A DNA stretch of 64,000 nt from positions 86,797-150,796 of the forward strand of contig JAAXWF010000001.1 in NCBI GenBank assembly GCA_013335095.1, written 5' to 3'. The notes under the pieces were generated by a model. That model searched no databases, was not told the DNA's origin, and saw only the letters and a list, made by a program, of their open reading frames with translations. This DNA is from a candidate division WWE3 bacterium. Lineage in GTDB: Bacteria > Patescibacteriota > 4484-211 > GCA-002791395. This document shows, piece after piece, positions 40,005-49,422 of the stretch (within the stretch, counting starts at the first letter, position 1; each line of letters begins with the position of its first letter). The translations under genes and the position numbers were made by a program.

Positions 40005-41212
40005 TCAACCGATAACGAAGATCTATCAAGATGTTCTAAATACTTACGTAATACAAACCCAGCCGCAAGTATGCTCATACCAAAGACAACCTGAAATAGT
40101 TGAGCAATTAACTTGTTATTTGAACCGATTCCAGTCTCTGGGAGCCGCTGAGCATCAGTACCTAATACAGCTGGCTTAATCAGGTTAGCGGGTGTTGAAA
40201 CAGCCGCTAGGACTTTTTCTGTCAATGTCTGTAGCGGTTGAATAATAGATTCTTGAAGTACTGTATTGTTATCACGTTCCTCAGATTCATTTTGCCGTCC
40301 TCCAATAGGTACCGAAGTTGGATAAACACTAATTCCAGGGTTTGGAGTAGGGCTTACAATGGCATTTGAGCTAACGTTATTTTCAACACGTGTCACCGCA
40401 GAGATCGAACCAGTTCTAATCATGCAACCCACATTATCGTTACAGTGATTATTTCCGGTATTTTGTATTTTATTAATCTGATTGGAAATTTCGATATTAT
40501 TAGTTTGATAAGCGGTTATAGAGCTCGACAGATTAACAAGAATGTTATTATTACTGCCATTCCCATTATTACTATTTGCCATATTCAATACTCCGTCTTC
40601 AAAACTTATAGGCAATGCCACATTTCTGCCCATATCATTGGTGACACTAACCTCATCGTAAATATTCCCTGTTGATATAACAACGTCACCTGAACTCCAC
40701 AAAGCACTATTATTACCCGTATTTGCATCGATATCCAGTGCATTACTTACAATTGAATTATTTGACTGCCCCCAATAGGGCTCGTTGTTAATATCGGCAC
40801 TAATAATATTTGTCGAAAAAGAACCATTATTGTCATTAGTAGAAGCAATATTACCTGCGTTATTATTTGTAACCTGGAGAGTATTAACATCACCCTCAGA
40901 ATTAACCAGAACAGAAGAATTAATATCTCCAGTTTCGAGTTTATTTTGACCATTATTATTTTGGATCACATTATCACCGGAGTTCAATAATTGATTGATA
41001 TCATTATTAATCGTCGTAGTATTTGATTGTAAAGCGCTCTGACTGCTTGTAATACTTACACTAGCACCATTAACACTATCAAGGCTATTAGAACTATTCG
41101 AGATAATTACGTTAGCATAAATAGGATTAACATATATAAGAGAAGATAAGGTCATACAGACCAACAGCTTCGGGGCAGTGACAGTCGTAGTAATCATTGA
41201 CCGACACTTCAT
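40001..41212 (-). CDS. Asn-rich repeat surface protein with LPETG sorting signal
   Basis: Signal peptide; NTGxN/TGxI repeats; VLGTDAQRLPETG plus TM plus RK tail. Confidence 0.8.
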   Translation of the reverse strand: MKCRSMITTTVTAPKLLVCMTLSSLIYVNPIYANVIISNSSNSLDSVNGASVSITSSQSALQSNTTTINNDINQLLNSGDNVIQNNNGQNKLETGDINSSVLVNSEGDVNTLQVTNNNAGNIASTNDNNGSFSTNIISADINNEPYWGQSNNSIVSNALDIDANTGNNSALWSSGDVVISTGNIYDEVSVTNDMGRNVALPISFEDGVLNMANSNNGNGSNNNILVNLSSSITAYQTNNIEISNQINKIQNTGNNHCNDNVGCMIRTGSISAVTRVENNVSSNAIVSPTPNPGISVYPTSVPIGGRQNESEERDNNTVLQESIIQPLQTLTEKVLAAVSTPANLIKPAVLGTDAQRLPETGIGSNNKLIAQLFQVVFGMSILAAGFVLRKYLEHLDRSSLSVD

Positions 41213-43512
41213 ATTGAGAGTAAAAACTTTTTTCGGATTACAAAGAATCCAGCAACCAATAAACTACTTATTAATATACCGACCTTCCACGGATTCAATT
41301 TTGGCCACTCAACTCGAGCACCCGCAACCTGAATATCAGAAGAACTATCATCTGTTGAAGAAGTCGCAGCGATCCGTTTAACTTTTAGTTTATCCGAAGT
41401 ATTACTGTTATCATTGTTAGAATCATTCTTAACAGACGCTCCTAATACAGATACTATAGACTTGCGAGAAGTGCCATTTATCGAGCTATTCTTACCCGTT
41501 GCATTTCGTTCAGGAGCCTTCACTGCATCATTATCTAGCACGGGGTGATTAGAAGAAGACTCAGTAGTACCAATTACTTCTAAAGCGATTGGCGTTGGGA
41601 AGGCTTGCACTTCTGAAGAAGAGTCCACAGCAACTTCGACAGAGACTTGCTGCTGATTTCCGATATTTTCATTGTTTGTATTGTTATCGTTATTCTCATG
41701 AGCGACTTCCTGCGCTTTATTAGTAAATTTACCCGTCCATTTCCCAAACAAATCATTGACTATGGTAAATACAACTCGTCCTCCTGCAAAATTGTTATTC
41801 AAAAAGTTCGTTATTGAGCTAACGATATTTACATCACCGGTGTTAATGCTTGTACTACCATCAAGATTATCCGCAATCTTGTTACCTCCAGTATTCGCAT
41901 TAATATTTATCGTATTATTAACGACAGCTTCATTAACTTGATTAATTGTGGTTGAATCTTCACGATTTACTACACCAGCATTCTCCGAATCTGTACCGTT
42001 ATTTGAATTATTAACATCAGATGAAATCTCGACAAGATCACCCGCACGATTTATATAATACGCTTTCAACTGTCCCCCTTGATTTAAGAATATTACATTC
42101 AAATCATCGCCAATAAAGTTTTGATTAGCAACAGTATTAACCTCGGCCGAAGTATTAACAGCTCCTGTTGTTATCGAATTTCCTTGCCCATCTCCATTAA
42201 TGTTATCTGATAATTTGTTTGACCCAGTGTTTGCGTCAATAACTAAAGTATTATTTATTGTGGCATTATTCTGTTGGTTGATTAATGTGTTTGATGAATC
42301 AGAGATTGTTCCATTATTAATTGAATTAGAGCCGTTACCTGAGTTATTAATTGCATAACTAGGATCAGCACTCTTTAATGGACTTTGATCAGGTAATACT
42401 ATATTGCCAGCAAAATCACCTAAAATATTTACGGTATTCACAACTAAGTCCGTGAGTGCAACAAAACTATTGTTGAGAAAATTAAATATATTCGCAACGA
42501 CGTTTGCATTACCAGTATTAATACTTGAATCACCAACGCTATCGGAAATCGTATTGGATCCTGTTTCTACGTCAATATTAATACTATTATCTACCTGTGA
42601 AAAATTATCAGTAGTAATAAATAAATTATTTCCACTTTGTATAATTCCAGAATTCACGCTGGATGATCCATTATTATCATTATTCACGCTTGCATCACCA
42701 TCACACGGGTTTATAGCGCTACAATTACTTGAGCCTGCGCTCAAAATAATATCTCCTGATTGATCGTCGGCTACATTAAACTCACTAGAAGAGATATCTG
42801 CACCCGTTAAATTAGTATTCGCAAAGTTGAAAATATTAACCGCACTTGTTACGTCTCCTGAATTAATAGTGCTACTACCACCTAGGTTATCGTGTATCTT
42901 ATTATCTCCAGTAACATAATCAACATTCACGCTGTTGTTAATATCTGTTTGATTCAATACATCGACAGTAGTGTCCGAAGCACCAGTTATGCTGCCGTTA
43001 TTCTCTGAACTCGCCTCATTTTGGATATTTGATACGCTAGTGTCTCCTCCATTTGAACCATCAAACAAACTCTGATTGTTATTCACATCATTATTGGTAT
43101 TAATAGATCCGTCAATAGAGCCGCTGTCGATTAAAGCGCTTCCTGAAAGATTATCATTATTATTCTGACCGCCATTAATTTGAGAATCGGGGTTATTCTG
43201 ACCACTATTTACAACTGTTGGAATTGGAGTCGGAGTTTTTGTTGGCTTTGGAGTCTTGGTTGGGATTGGTGTGTTAGAAATCTGGGTAACAGTAGGAACA
43301 CTTTGTGGCGTTGCCGTTGGTTGAATTGCTTGAGTCGGGGTTTGTGGAGGAGTCGGCATAGTCCAAACCGTAGTTGGCATAGCTGGTGGAGTAGGTATTG
43401 TTAAGGCTGGTGTTGGAGAAACATTAGTAACAGCGAAAGATAGTACTGGATTTACGATACTATATGCAATTTGTATTGTTATAAATGATTTTATTAATGT
43501 TTTGTTCATCAT
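41209..43512 (-). CDS. Large Asn-rich repeat surface protein with Pro/Thr linker and C-terminal TM
   Basis: Signal peptide, PTPT linker, repeated N..NG..S.N/ANTG.N units, C-terminal TM plus RKK. Confidence 0.8.
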   Translation of the reverse strand: MMNKTLIKSFITIQIAYSIVNPVLSFAVTNVSPTPALTIPTPPAMPTTVWTMPTPPQTPTQAIQPTATPQSVPTVTQISNTPIPTKTPKPTKTPTPIPTVVNSGQNNPDSQINGGQNNNDNLSGSALIDSGSIDGSINTNNDVNNNQSLFDGSNGGDTSVSNIQNEASSENNGSITGASDTTVDVLNQTDINNSVNVDYVTGDNKIHDNLGGSSTINSGDVTSAVNIFNFANTNLTGADISSSEFNVADDQSGDIILSAGSSNCSAINPCDGDASVNNDNNGSSSVNSGIIQSGNNLFITTDNFSQVDNSINIDVETGSNTISDSVGDSSINTGNANVVANIFNFLNNSFVALTDLVVNTVNILGDFAGNIVLPDQSPLKSADPSYAINNSGNGSNSINNGTISDSSNTLINQQNNATINNTLVIDANTGSNKLSDNINGDGQGNSITTGAVNTSAEVNTVANQNFIGDDLNVIFLNQGGQLKAYYINRAGDLVEISSDVNNSNNGTDSENAGVVNREDSTTINQVNEAVVNNTININANTGGNKIADNLDGSTSINTGDVNIVSSITNFLNNNFAGGRVVFTIVNDLFGKWTGKFTNKAQEVAHENNDNNTNNENIGNQQQVSVEVAVDSSSEVQAFPTPIALEVIGTTESSSNHPVLDNDAVKAPERNATGKNSSINGTSRKSIVSVLGASVKNDSNNDNSNTSDKLKVKRIAATSSTDDSSSDIQVAGARVEWPKLNPWKVGILISSLLVAGFFVIRKKFLLSI

Positions 43513-43528
43513 ATTTTTTCCTTCTACA

Positions 43529-43580
43529 AAAGGGTTTACCGCAGGAGAGAATAACTCCTCTCCTGACGGAAAACGCTCTT
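43529..43580 (-). promoter_or_regulatory. Long intergenic stem-loop after the putative major subunit gene
   Basis: CCGTCAGGAGAG-loop-CTCTCCTGCGG with extended imperfect pairing and a short T-tract. Confidence 0.6.
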
Positions 43581-43593
43581 GCTTCTTTGCACA

Positions 43594-44799
43594 CTAACTG
43601 AGGAGATGCATTAGCATCATTAAAATGCTTGCACCATTCCAATCACCACTTAAATCATGAAGATCTGAGGTGGTGTCACCAATCACGTTTTGTCCTGCGG
43701 TATTATGTACCTCGACATCTGAATCTACGTCACCGGTATTCATATCATCTGAATTGTTATCAGAGATTTGATTATCTCCAGTGGCACCGTGTTGGTCTGC
43801 ATTATTATCGAAGGAGAGTTCATCATTGAACTGTTGGAACAGATCAGCAAAAGATAGTTCGAGACCAGCTTCGTTTTCTGTATCACGACCATTCTTTTCA
43901 TTAAGAACCTCAACATCGACATCACACATACAATCTCCTGCTGCAAGTACATTAGCACCAGCAGTATTGGCAATCTTGGCAGTCTGATCGACTGAGCCAG
44001 TTTCGGCAGCAGCTCCGCCTAGGTTATCCTTTGCGTCGTTGTCACCAGTGTTTGCATGTTGATCTAAATTGTTATCAACATCAACTTCATTTGATTGCAC
44101 CGCAACATTGGAGTGATTCACATTAGCGAAAACGCTATTTTCTGAATCTCGACCATTTGTTGAATTGGTTAAGGAGAATGAGCTAGATCCACCATTTCGT
44201 GAACCTAAGACAGCATGATTACCACCTGAGAGTGTTTCAACACTAGCATCTTGGTCAACATCTCCTGTTTGTACCGAGACTTCGGTATCAGAATTGTTGT
44301 CTTTCAAAGCATTATCGCCAGTATTAGCGTTTTGCTTAAGCTTGTTATTTACATCGACATTATTGGTTTGCATTAATGAAGATGCTTGTGTAGCGTTAAA
44401 TGCTGCAGTGTTTTCTGAATCTCGACCATTCTTTTCGTTAACGATCTCAACATCATAATCACAATCGCATTGTTGTAATTGCGCGACATTTTCACCAGCA
44501 TTGTTTACAACGCTTGCTTCCTGGTTTACATCACCAGTTTTAACATCGACACCTCCCAAATTGTCTTGTACTTTATTATCACCTGTATTAGCGTTTTGAT
44601 TGATATTGTTATCAATCTGAACATTATTAGTCTGATATACGCTAGATTCACGATTAATTTGAATCGTGCCTGAATTCTGGCTATCTCGACCGTTGGTGGA
44701 ATTCGTAATAGTATAAGTCGCAGCAAAAGCTGGTTGGGCCATTTGGAGCAGTAAAGCTCCGGTAGCTACTCCGGTTGCAATTTTTTGTGTTATTTTCAT
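43594..44799 (-). CDS. Secreted Asn/Asp-rich repeat protein (four units of about 78 aa), putative major fibre subunit
   Basis: AAAGGAGGTGA SD; AFA signal peptide; 4 x NGRD(S/T).N...Q.N...(N/A)TGDN...TG(D/S)V...N; no TM anchor. Confidence 0.85.
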   Translation of the reverse strand: MKITQKIATGVATGALLLQMAQPAFAATYTITNSTNGRDSQNSGTIQINRESSVYQTNNVQIDNNINQNANTGDNKVQDNLGGVDVKTGDVNQEASVVNNAGENVAQLQQCDCDYDVEIVNEKNGRDSENTAAFNATQASSLMQTNNVDVNNKLKQNANTGDNALKDNNSDTEVSVQTGDVDQDASVETLSGGNHAVLGSRNGGSSSFSLTNSTNGRDSENSVFANVNHSNVAVQSNEVDVDNNLDQHANTGDNDAKDNLGGAAAETGSVDQTAKIANTAGANVLAAGDCMCDVDVEVLNEKNGRDTENEAGLELSFADLFQQFNDELSFDNNADQHGATGDNQISDNNSDDMNTGDVDSDVEVHNTAGQNVIGDTTSDLHDLSGDWNGASILMMLMHLLS

Positions 44800-44861
44800 T
44801 CTATTCACCTCCTTTCGCAATTAGTCCCTTGTATAAGTGTTATCTTTATTTAACTAGGGCT

Positions 44862-45443
44862 TTAAAACTTAACTGATAAATTATCTTTATTTCCATCGAG
44901 CTCTCCAATTTGAATTGCAAAATCTTTAGCATCGTGCTCTACAATAAACCCAAAGTTACTCTTTTTAGTTGACTGAGGACGGACCTCGACATTACCTTGA
45001 TGAACTTGAGGTGCAACTTTGCCACCATCAGATTCAACAAGTCTCACTAAATCAAGAGGATTAAGATAGAGCACTTGATTACTGTCGTTCTTCAATGAAA
45101 CTTCAAATATTAAAAAAGCTTTACCATTTCTTGCTGTTGCACGATTACCTTTTACTAAAACTTCTTCCTGTTTTTGAACCGTAGTAATTTTTAGGTTTAT
45201 ATTTGCATCAGTAAAGTAGCCTTGTGCATCTCGAGCGATAAAATTATATTCTTTATTCAGAGTCTTTGAAGCTATGACACCTTCGGCATCATTTGTTTTT
45301 GATTTTGAAATAAAATAACTTCGAATACCTATCCCCATACCCACGACGACAATTATCATAACTAGCAAAAATATTTTATTTGAGATGAGTGATTTCATGA
45401 GTGGTTTTGACTGATTTGTTGTTTTCATATTTTTTGTATTCAT
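44862..45443 (-). CDS. Membrane-anchored DUF4352-like Ig-fold protein
   Basis: N-terminal TM; G.RATA..GK.FLI..V..KN...RL....AP......V.P.STK...GF.V. Confidence 0.7.
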   Translation of the reverse strand: MNTKNMKTTNQSKPLMKSLISNKIFLLVMIIVVVGMGIGIRSYFISKSKTNDAEGVIASKTLNKEYNFIARDAQGYFTDANINLKITTVQKQEEVLVKGNRATARNGKAFLIFEVSLKNDSNQVLYLNPLDLVRLVESDGGKVAPQVHQGNVEVRPQSTKKSNFGFIVEHDAKDFAIQIGELDGNKDNLSVKF

Positions 45444-45446
45444 ATC

Positions 45447-45514
45447 AAAAAAGGCACGGAATATTTAACAAATAAGTAGTTGTTAAATATTCCGTGCCTC
45501 CGATTGCGGTCAGC
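45447..45514 (-). promoter_or_regulatory. Leader attenuator: GCTGA-CCG-CAAT-CGG-AGGC motif overlapping a perfect 20-bp terminator hairpin
   Basis: Arms 45452..45471 and 45480..45499 are perfectly complementary, followed by a T-tract 3 nt before ATG 45443. Confidence 0.8.
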
Positions 45515-45537
45515 TTTGTTTGTTAGATTGTTTACAT

Positions 45538-45566
45538 AATTTAACAATCCCAATTCCTAATGTCAA
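45538..45566 (-). promoter_or_regulatory. sigma70 promoter of the repeat-protein operon
   Basis: TTGACA-17 nt-TAAATT with extended TG. Confidence 0.65.
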
Positions 45567-45574
45567 TAACTATT

Positions 45575-45781
45575 TCATTTACTATCGGTAGATTGCCTTT
45601 TATCCGGCAAAACACCACTATTGGGATCTAGTTTTTTTATTGTTCGCTCAGTAATTTGGGTAACCTGATAATCTTGTATATAGATTTCAACACTCCCATA
45701 AGATTTATTCTTAATAGCATCAGTGATTGCCTCAAGCAGCTCAGAGCTAATACTCTTGGTTGAAAAATTATATTTAGCCAT
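45575..45781 (-). CDS. DUF2292 (YezD/OscA-like) small protein
   Basis: I..AIKNKSYGSVEIYIQDYQVTQITER..KK matches the YGSVEI.V.D..V.QI pattern. Confidence 0.8.
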   Translation of the reverse strand: MAKYNFSTKSISSELLEAITDAIKNKSYGSVEIYIQDYQVTQITERTIKKLDPNSGVLPDKRQSTDSK

Positions 45782-45844
45782 AGCTATATTAAAAAACAAT
45801 GGTCAGTGAGGAAAATCGCAGCCTTGAGTTGTAGGCTGTTCACA

Positions 45845-45872
45845 ATTATAGGGAGAGCTTATTTAGTGTCAA
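45845..45872 (-). promoter_or_regulatory. Consensus sigma70 promoter of the DUF2292 gene
   Basis: TTGACA-16 nt-TATAAT. Confidence 0.75.
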
Positions 45873-45944
45873 TAGGATCGTCAATTAATCCCTTTGTAGA
45901 AGTTCAAATTGACATCAATACTTTTTGGCCGTATTATTCGCTTT

Positions 45945-47111
45945 ATGTCGAGACGAACAAATATCCAATACAAGAAAGCATTCGTTACGCTTTTTTTAAC
46001 AATGGTATTCTCTACTAAATTTGCAACTCATGTTACGGCAGCAACCTTTATAGCTGAAAATGCTCCTAAATTAAATAAAGAAGAAACCGTCGATGGGAAC
46101 TTCTATTCCCGTGGCAATCTAGTATCTGTCAATGGCACAATCCACGGAAATGCATATATAGCAGGCCAAACAGTAACAATTACTGGAAAAATCGATAAAG
46201 ACTTAACCGTTGCGGGACAAAACATCATACTTGATGAAGCATCAATATCAGGTGATGTGCGTTTATTTGGTGGCGAGGTCACGATACGAAAATCAGAAAT
46301 AGGAGACGAAGTAATTGTAGCTGCGGCAAAATTAAATATAGGTAAGGATACAAAAATTAACGGAACTACCATGGTAGCATCTGGAGAGTCCGTTATTGAT
46401 GCAAGCATTGGCGAGGATCTTATTACGGCATCAGGGTCACTTTCAAGTTCGGCAATTATTAACGGATCAGTATACATTGGAGGACGAAGTATTTCATTGT
46501 CTCCTGAAGCCCAGGTTCAAGGAGATATTTTCTACTCCTCAGACAACAAAGCACAAATAGATCCATCCACGAAGATTACGGGACAAGTCCACCAATTTCC
46601 ACCACTTCAAAGCGCACCTTCCAATAATCACATTCGCCTCACTATTTGGGGAATATTAACGTCACTAGTTTTAGGCTTTACCATCATTAGCCTTTTTTAC
46701 CATAAAACTTATGAACTATCCCAAATACTTATAGAGAGGACTTGGAGTTCATTTGGATGGGGGTTTGCAACGATTATACTTACTCCGATAATTAGTGTGT
46801 TATTAATCACTACGTTAATAGGATTACCATTAGGTATTATTACATTATTTTTCTATATACTTGCCATTTATATCAGTCGCATTTTTATGGCATATACACT
46901 AGGTCGATTATTTATCGGTCGTGGCAACACCGATACTTCACAGAGACGATGGTATACTCTCGGTGCTGGTATTCTCGCGTACTTCATAATCACCTCTATT
47001 CCATTTATAGGGCCTATATTCACCCTGTTTAGTATTACATTAGTCTTAGGGGCGATGTTTATTGAAGGTCGCCATTGGTTTATTTCTAGAAATGTCAAAG
47101 AAAACAACTAA
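45945..47111 (+). CDS. Bactofilin-like beta-helix protein with C-terminal multi-TM domain
   Basis: Signal peptide, repeated V.G.I.GD...AG units, about 5 TMs. Confidence 0.8.
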   Translation: MSRRTNIQYKKAFVTLFLTMVFSTKFATHVTAATFIAENAPKLNKEETVDGNFYSRGNLVSVNGTIHGNAYIAGQTVTITGKIDKDLTVAGQNIILDEASISGDVRLFGGEVTIRKSEIGDEVIVAAAKLNIGKDTKINGTTMVASGESVIDASIGEDLITASGSLSSSAIINGSVYIGGRSISLSPEAQVQGDIFYSSDNKAQIDPSTKITGQVHQFPPLQSAPSNNHIRLTIWGILTSLVLGFTIISLFYHKTYELSQILIERTWSSFGWGFATIILTPIISVLLITTLIGLPLGIITLFFYILAIYISRIFMAYTLGRLFIGRGNTDTSQRRWYTLGAGILAYFIITSIPFIGPIFTLFSITLVLGAMFIEGRHWFISRNVKENN

Positions 47112-48180
47112 AATCACAACCGAAGCACTTCCCACTCAACCCCAATCACAACATGCACTTTCTGTGTATATATTCTGCGGCAGCCTAACACTCATTTCTA
47201 GTCTCGGTTTTTGGTTAGGTCTCAACGCTTCACTAAAATATCCATATGTCGCTATTCAAGGATCGTCTAATTTTTATTGGAATGATATTGGATTAATGGC
47301 AATTTCGTATCTAACTATTTTTACCATGATTGTATTCATATCTGGGTTGGTAAAAAATCCACTAGTCCGTCGTAGCCTTCTGGCAATTATCCCACTTACA
47401 ATATCTATATTTGCAATGAGGTTTATATTTACTCTAGGCTTAACATTTCTTCTCCTTCTTGTCATCCTAGCAGTAGATTATTTCAGCCATAAAGATATTA
47501 GTAACCAGGTTATCCCTAATCTACGACAGATTTACATGACTCGCCTATCCTGGATAAGCACAGTGTTTGCATTAATAATCGCAATACTAGTTTATTATAG
47601 TGGACCATCAAACCTAGATAAAATTCATTTATCTGTCCCGTCTTCGTTCTTTGACCAAGCAGCAAACGTATCGCGACCACTCTTAGAAGAACAGATTAAG
47701 CAACAACAGAACAAATTAATAGATAAAATAATTCTTCAGCTCGAAACGCAGTTCCCTGGATTAAAAGAGGTTAATTATCAGGATAAAGTCGAATTGCTTT
47801 CGGGTACAATTACGCCAGAAGTTCGTAAGGCGCTCTCTTCACAAGGATTTTCAGACAACCAAATAGAACAGATTGCGACGCAACTAAAGGAAAACATGCC
47901 TCAAGAAACATCACAGCCACAAGTAAACATCATTAATGAAACCATTGATCAGGCTAAAAAAGATCTCCAAAGTATTGTCAATAATTTCATTGATCAAAAT
48001 ATCAACATGGTACCTGGTATTTTATCTGCGACAATTTTCCTATTTTTCAATTTTATTGGAATACTATTTAACTTAGTTGCAGTTGGGCTGGCAATAATTT
48101 TTATAAGAATTCTCAAGAGATTTGGCTGGATAAGAATTGAAACCAAGCAGATTGATGCGCAGACCTATACAATAGCCTGA
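47092..48180 (+). CDS. Conserved-looking multi-pass membrane protein
   Basis: About 6 TMs with a helical extracytoplasmic domain. Confidence 0.7.
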   Translation: MSKKTTKITTEALPTQPQSQHALSVYIFCGSLTLISSLGFWLGLNASLKYPYVAIQGSSNFYWNDIGLMAISYLTIFTMIVFISGLVKNPLVRRSLLAIIPLTISIFAMRFIFTLGLTFLLLLVILAVDYFSHKDISNQVIPNLRQIYMTRLSWISTVFALIIAILVYYSGPSNLDKIHLSVPSSFFDQAANVSRPLLEEQIKQQQNKLIDKIILQLETQFPGLKEVNYQDKVELLSGTITPEVRKALSSQGFSDNQIEQIATQLKENMPQETSQPQVNIINETIDQAKKDLQSIVNNFIDQNINMVPGILSATIFLFFNFIGILFNLVAVGLAIIFIRILKRFGWIRIETKQIDAQTYTIA

Positions 48181-48190
48181 AAACAATCAC

Positions 48191-48430
48191 ATGATTTGGT
48201 TACCCATCAGACATCGGCTACAATCAGAACTTATAAAAAGAGGATATTGTGTCGGATGTGCACATTCCCTGGCTAATGAACTCCGCGAGGAACATCCTCA
48301 AAAAACTAATATGCACATAGTGTATTGTAATTGTGGAAGAATATATTTATACGATCTACGGATAAACCAATACCGGCGTGCATTACCAGAAGAAGTTCCA
48401 ACAAATAGTCCCCAAAAACATGGTGAATAA
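48191..48430 (+). CDS. Small Zn-ribbon-like protein
   Basis: GYCVGC...CNCGRIY...YRRA. Confidence 0.7.
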   Translation: MIWLPIRHRLQSELIKRGYCVGCAHSLANELREEHPQKTNMHIVYCNCGRIYLYDLRINQYRRALPEEVPTNSPQKHGE

Positions 48431-49145
48431 CGGCATTCTACTAATAGATAAACCAAGCGGTATAACAAGTCATGATGTAGTTGATCGTATCCGTAAGATA
48501 ACAAACGAGAAAAAGGTTGGACACGCAGGTACACTAGATCCACTAGCTACCGGACTCCTAATAATTTTAGTCGGTAAGCAAGCAACTCGATTAAGCCAAA
48601 AATTAATTGGCTATGATAAACGATACTTGATTACAACTGCACTTGGTTTTACAACAAATACACTTGATACAGAAGGAATAATGACGGATCAGTTGGATCC
48701 TATGTCTGATCGAATCAAAACGGCAGCCCGCAAATTTAAAGAGGCAGCACATTCGTTCATTGGAAAGTACGAACAGGAAGTGCCCTCATTTAGTGCTGTC
48801 AAAATAGGTGGTAACAAACTATACGATCTAGCTCGAAAAAAACCAGAAGAATTACAAAAAATCACATTACCTAAGCGAGAAGTAACTATTTACGCAATTG
48901 AAACGACATCTTCTCCACCTACGCAAGAAGGTTATCCCCAAGTAATAATAGACTGTACAGTCAGCAGCGGGACATACACCCGCGCCTTAGTTCGTGATAT
49001 ATCTCAAAAGCTTGAAATACCAATGGTCCAGACAGCCTTACGTCGAATTCGTATTGGAAATTTTGATATATCTCAAGCCAAAACCCTAGAAGATGTAACT
49101 CCAAGTGACATCATTCCCCTTTCGTCTTTGCAGATTAACGACTAA
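48420..49145 (+). CDS. truB: tRNA pseudouridine(55) synthase TruB
   Basis: DKPSGITSHDVV, KVGHAGTLDPLATG, FSAVK, VSSGTY.R. Confidence 0.96.
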   Translation: MVNNGILLIDKPSGITSHDVVDRIRKITNEKKVGHAGTLDPLATGLLIILVGKQATRLSQKLIGYDKRYLITTALGFTTNTLDTEGIMTDQLDPMSDRIKTAARKFKEAAHSFIGKYEQEVPSFSAVKIGGNKLYDLARKKPEELQKITLPKREVTIYAIETTSSPPTQEGYPQVIIDCTVSSGTYTRALVRDISQKLEIPMVQTALRRIRIGNFDISQAKTLEDVTPSDIIPLSSLQIND

Positions 49146-49217
49146 AGTACCGATAGTATCTGTCCTTGTCGATACAACTCTACTGAGTTATAATACTCAC
49201 GCATACAAACCCATTAA

Positions 49218-49293
49218 GGCGGGTTCGTCTAGGGGACCAGGACGGCGGGTTCTCAGTCCGCAAACACGGGTTCGAATCCCGTACCCGCTACCA
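49218..49293 (+). tRNA. tRNA-Glu(CTC)
   Basis: GGCGGGT acceptor, GCGGG-TT-CTC-AG-TCCGC anticodon arm, GGTTCGAATCC, encoded CCA. Confidence 0.95.
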
Positions 49294-49305
49294 TACACAA
49301 AAAAT

Positions 49306-49422
49306 ATGGAAACAGAAATTGTTACAAAATACTTAAAAAAGGATCTAACTCGGCTAGCGATAGCAACGGCCCTAAATTTTTTAATCTTGGGGTTACTCTT
49401 CTTTAAAGTGATACCGCTTTAA
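49306..49422 (+). CDS. Small membrane peptide (38 aa)
   Basis: METEIVTKYLKKDL.R plus one TM. Confidence 0.5.
   Translation: METEIVTKYLKKDLTRLAIATALNFLILGLLFFKVIPL

Noticed and set aside
49105-49305. N-terminal part of the 105-aa ORF
   Set aside because: Runs through tRNA-Glu; only the 38-aa ORF from 49306 is plausible
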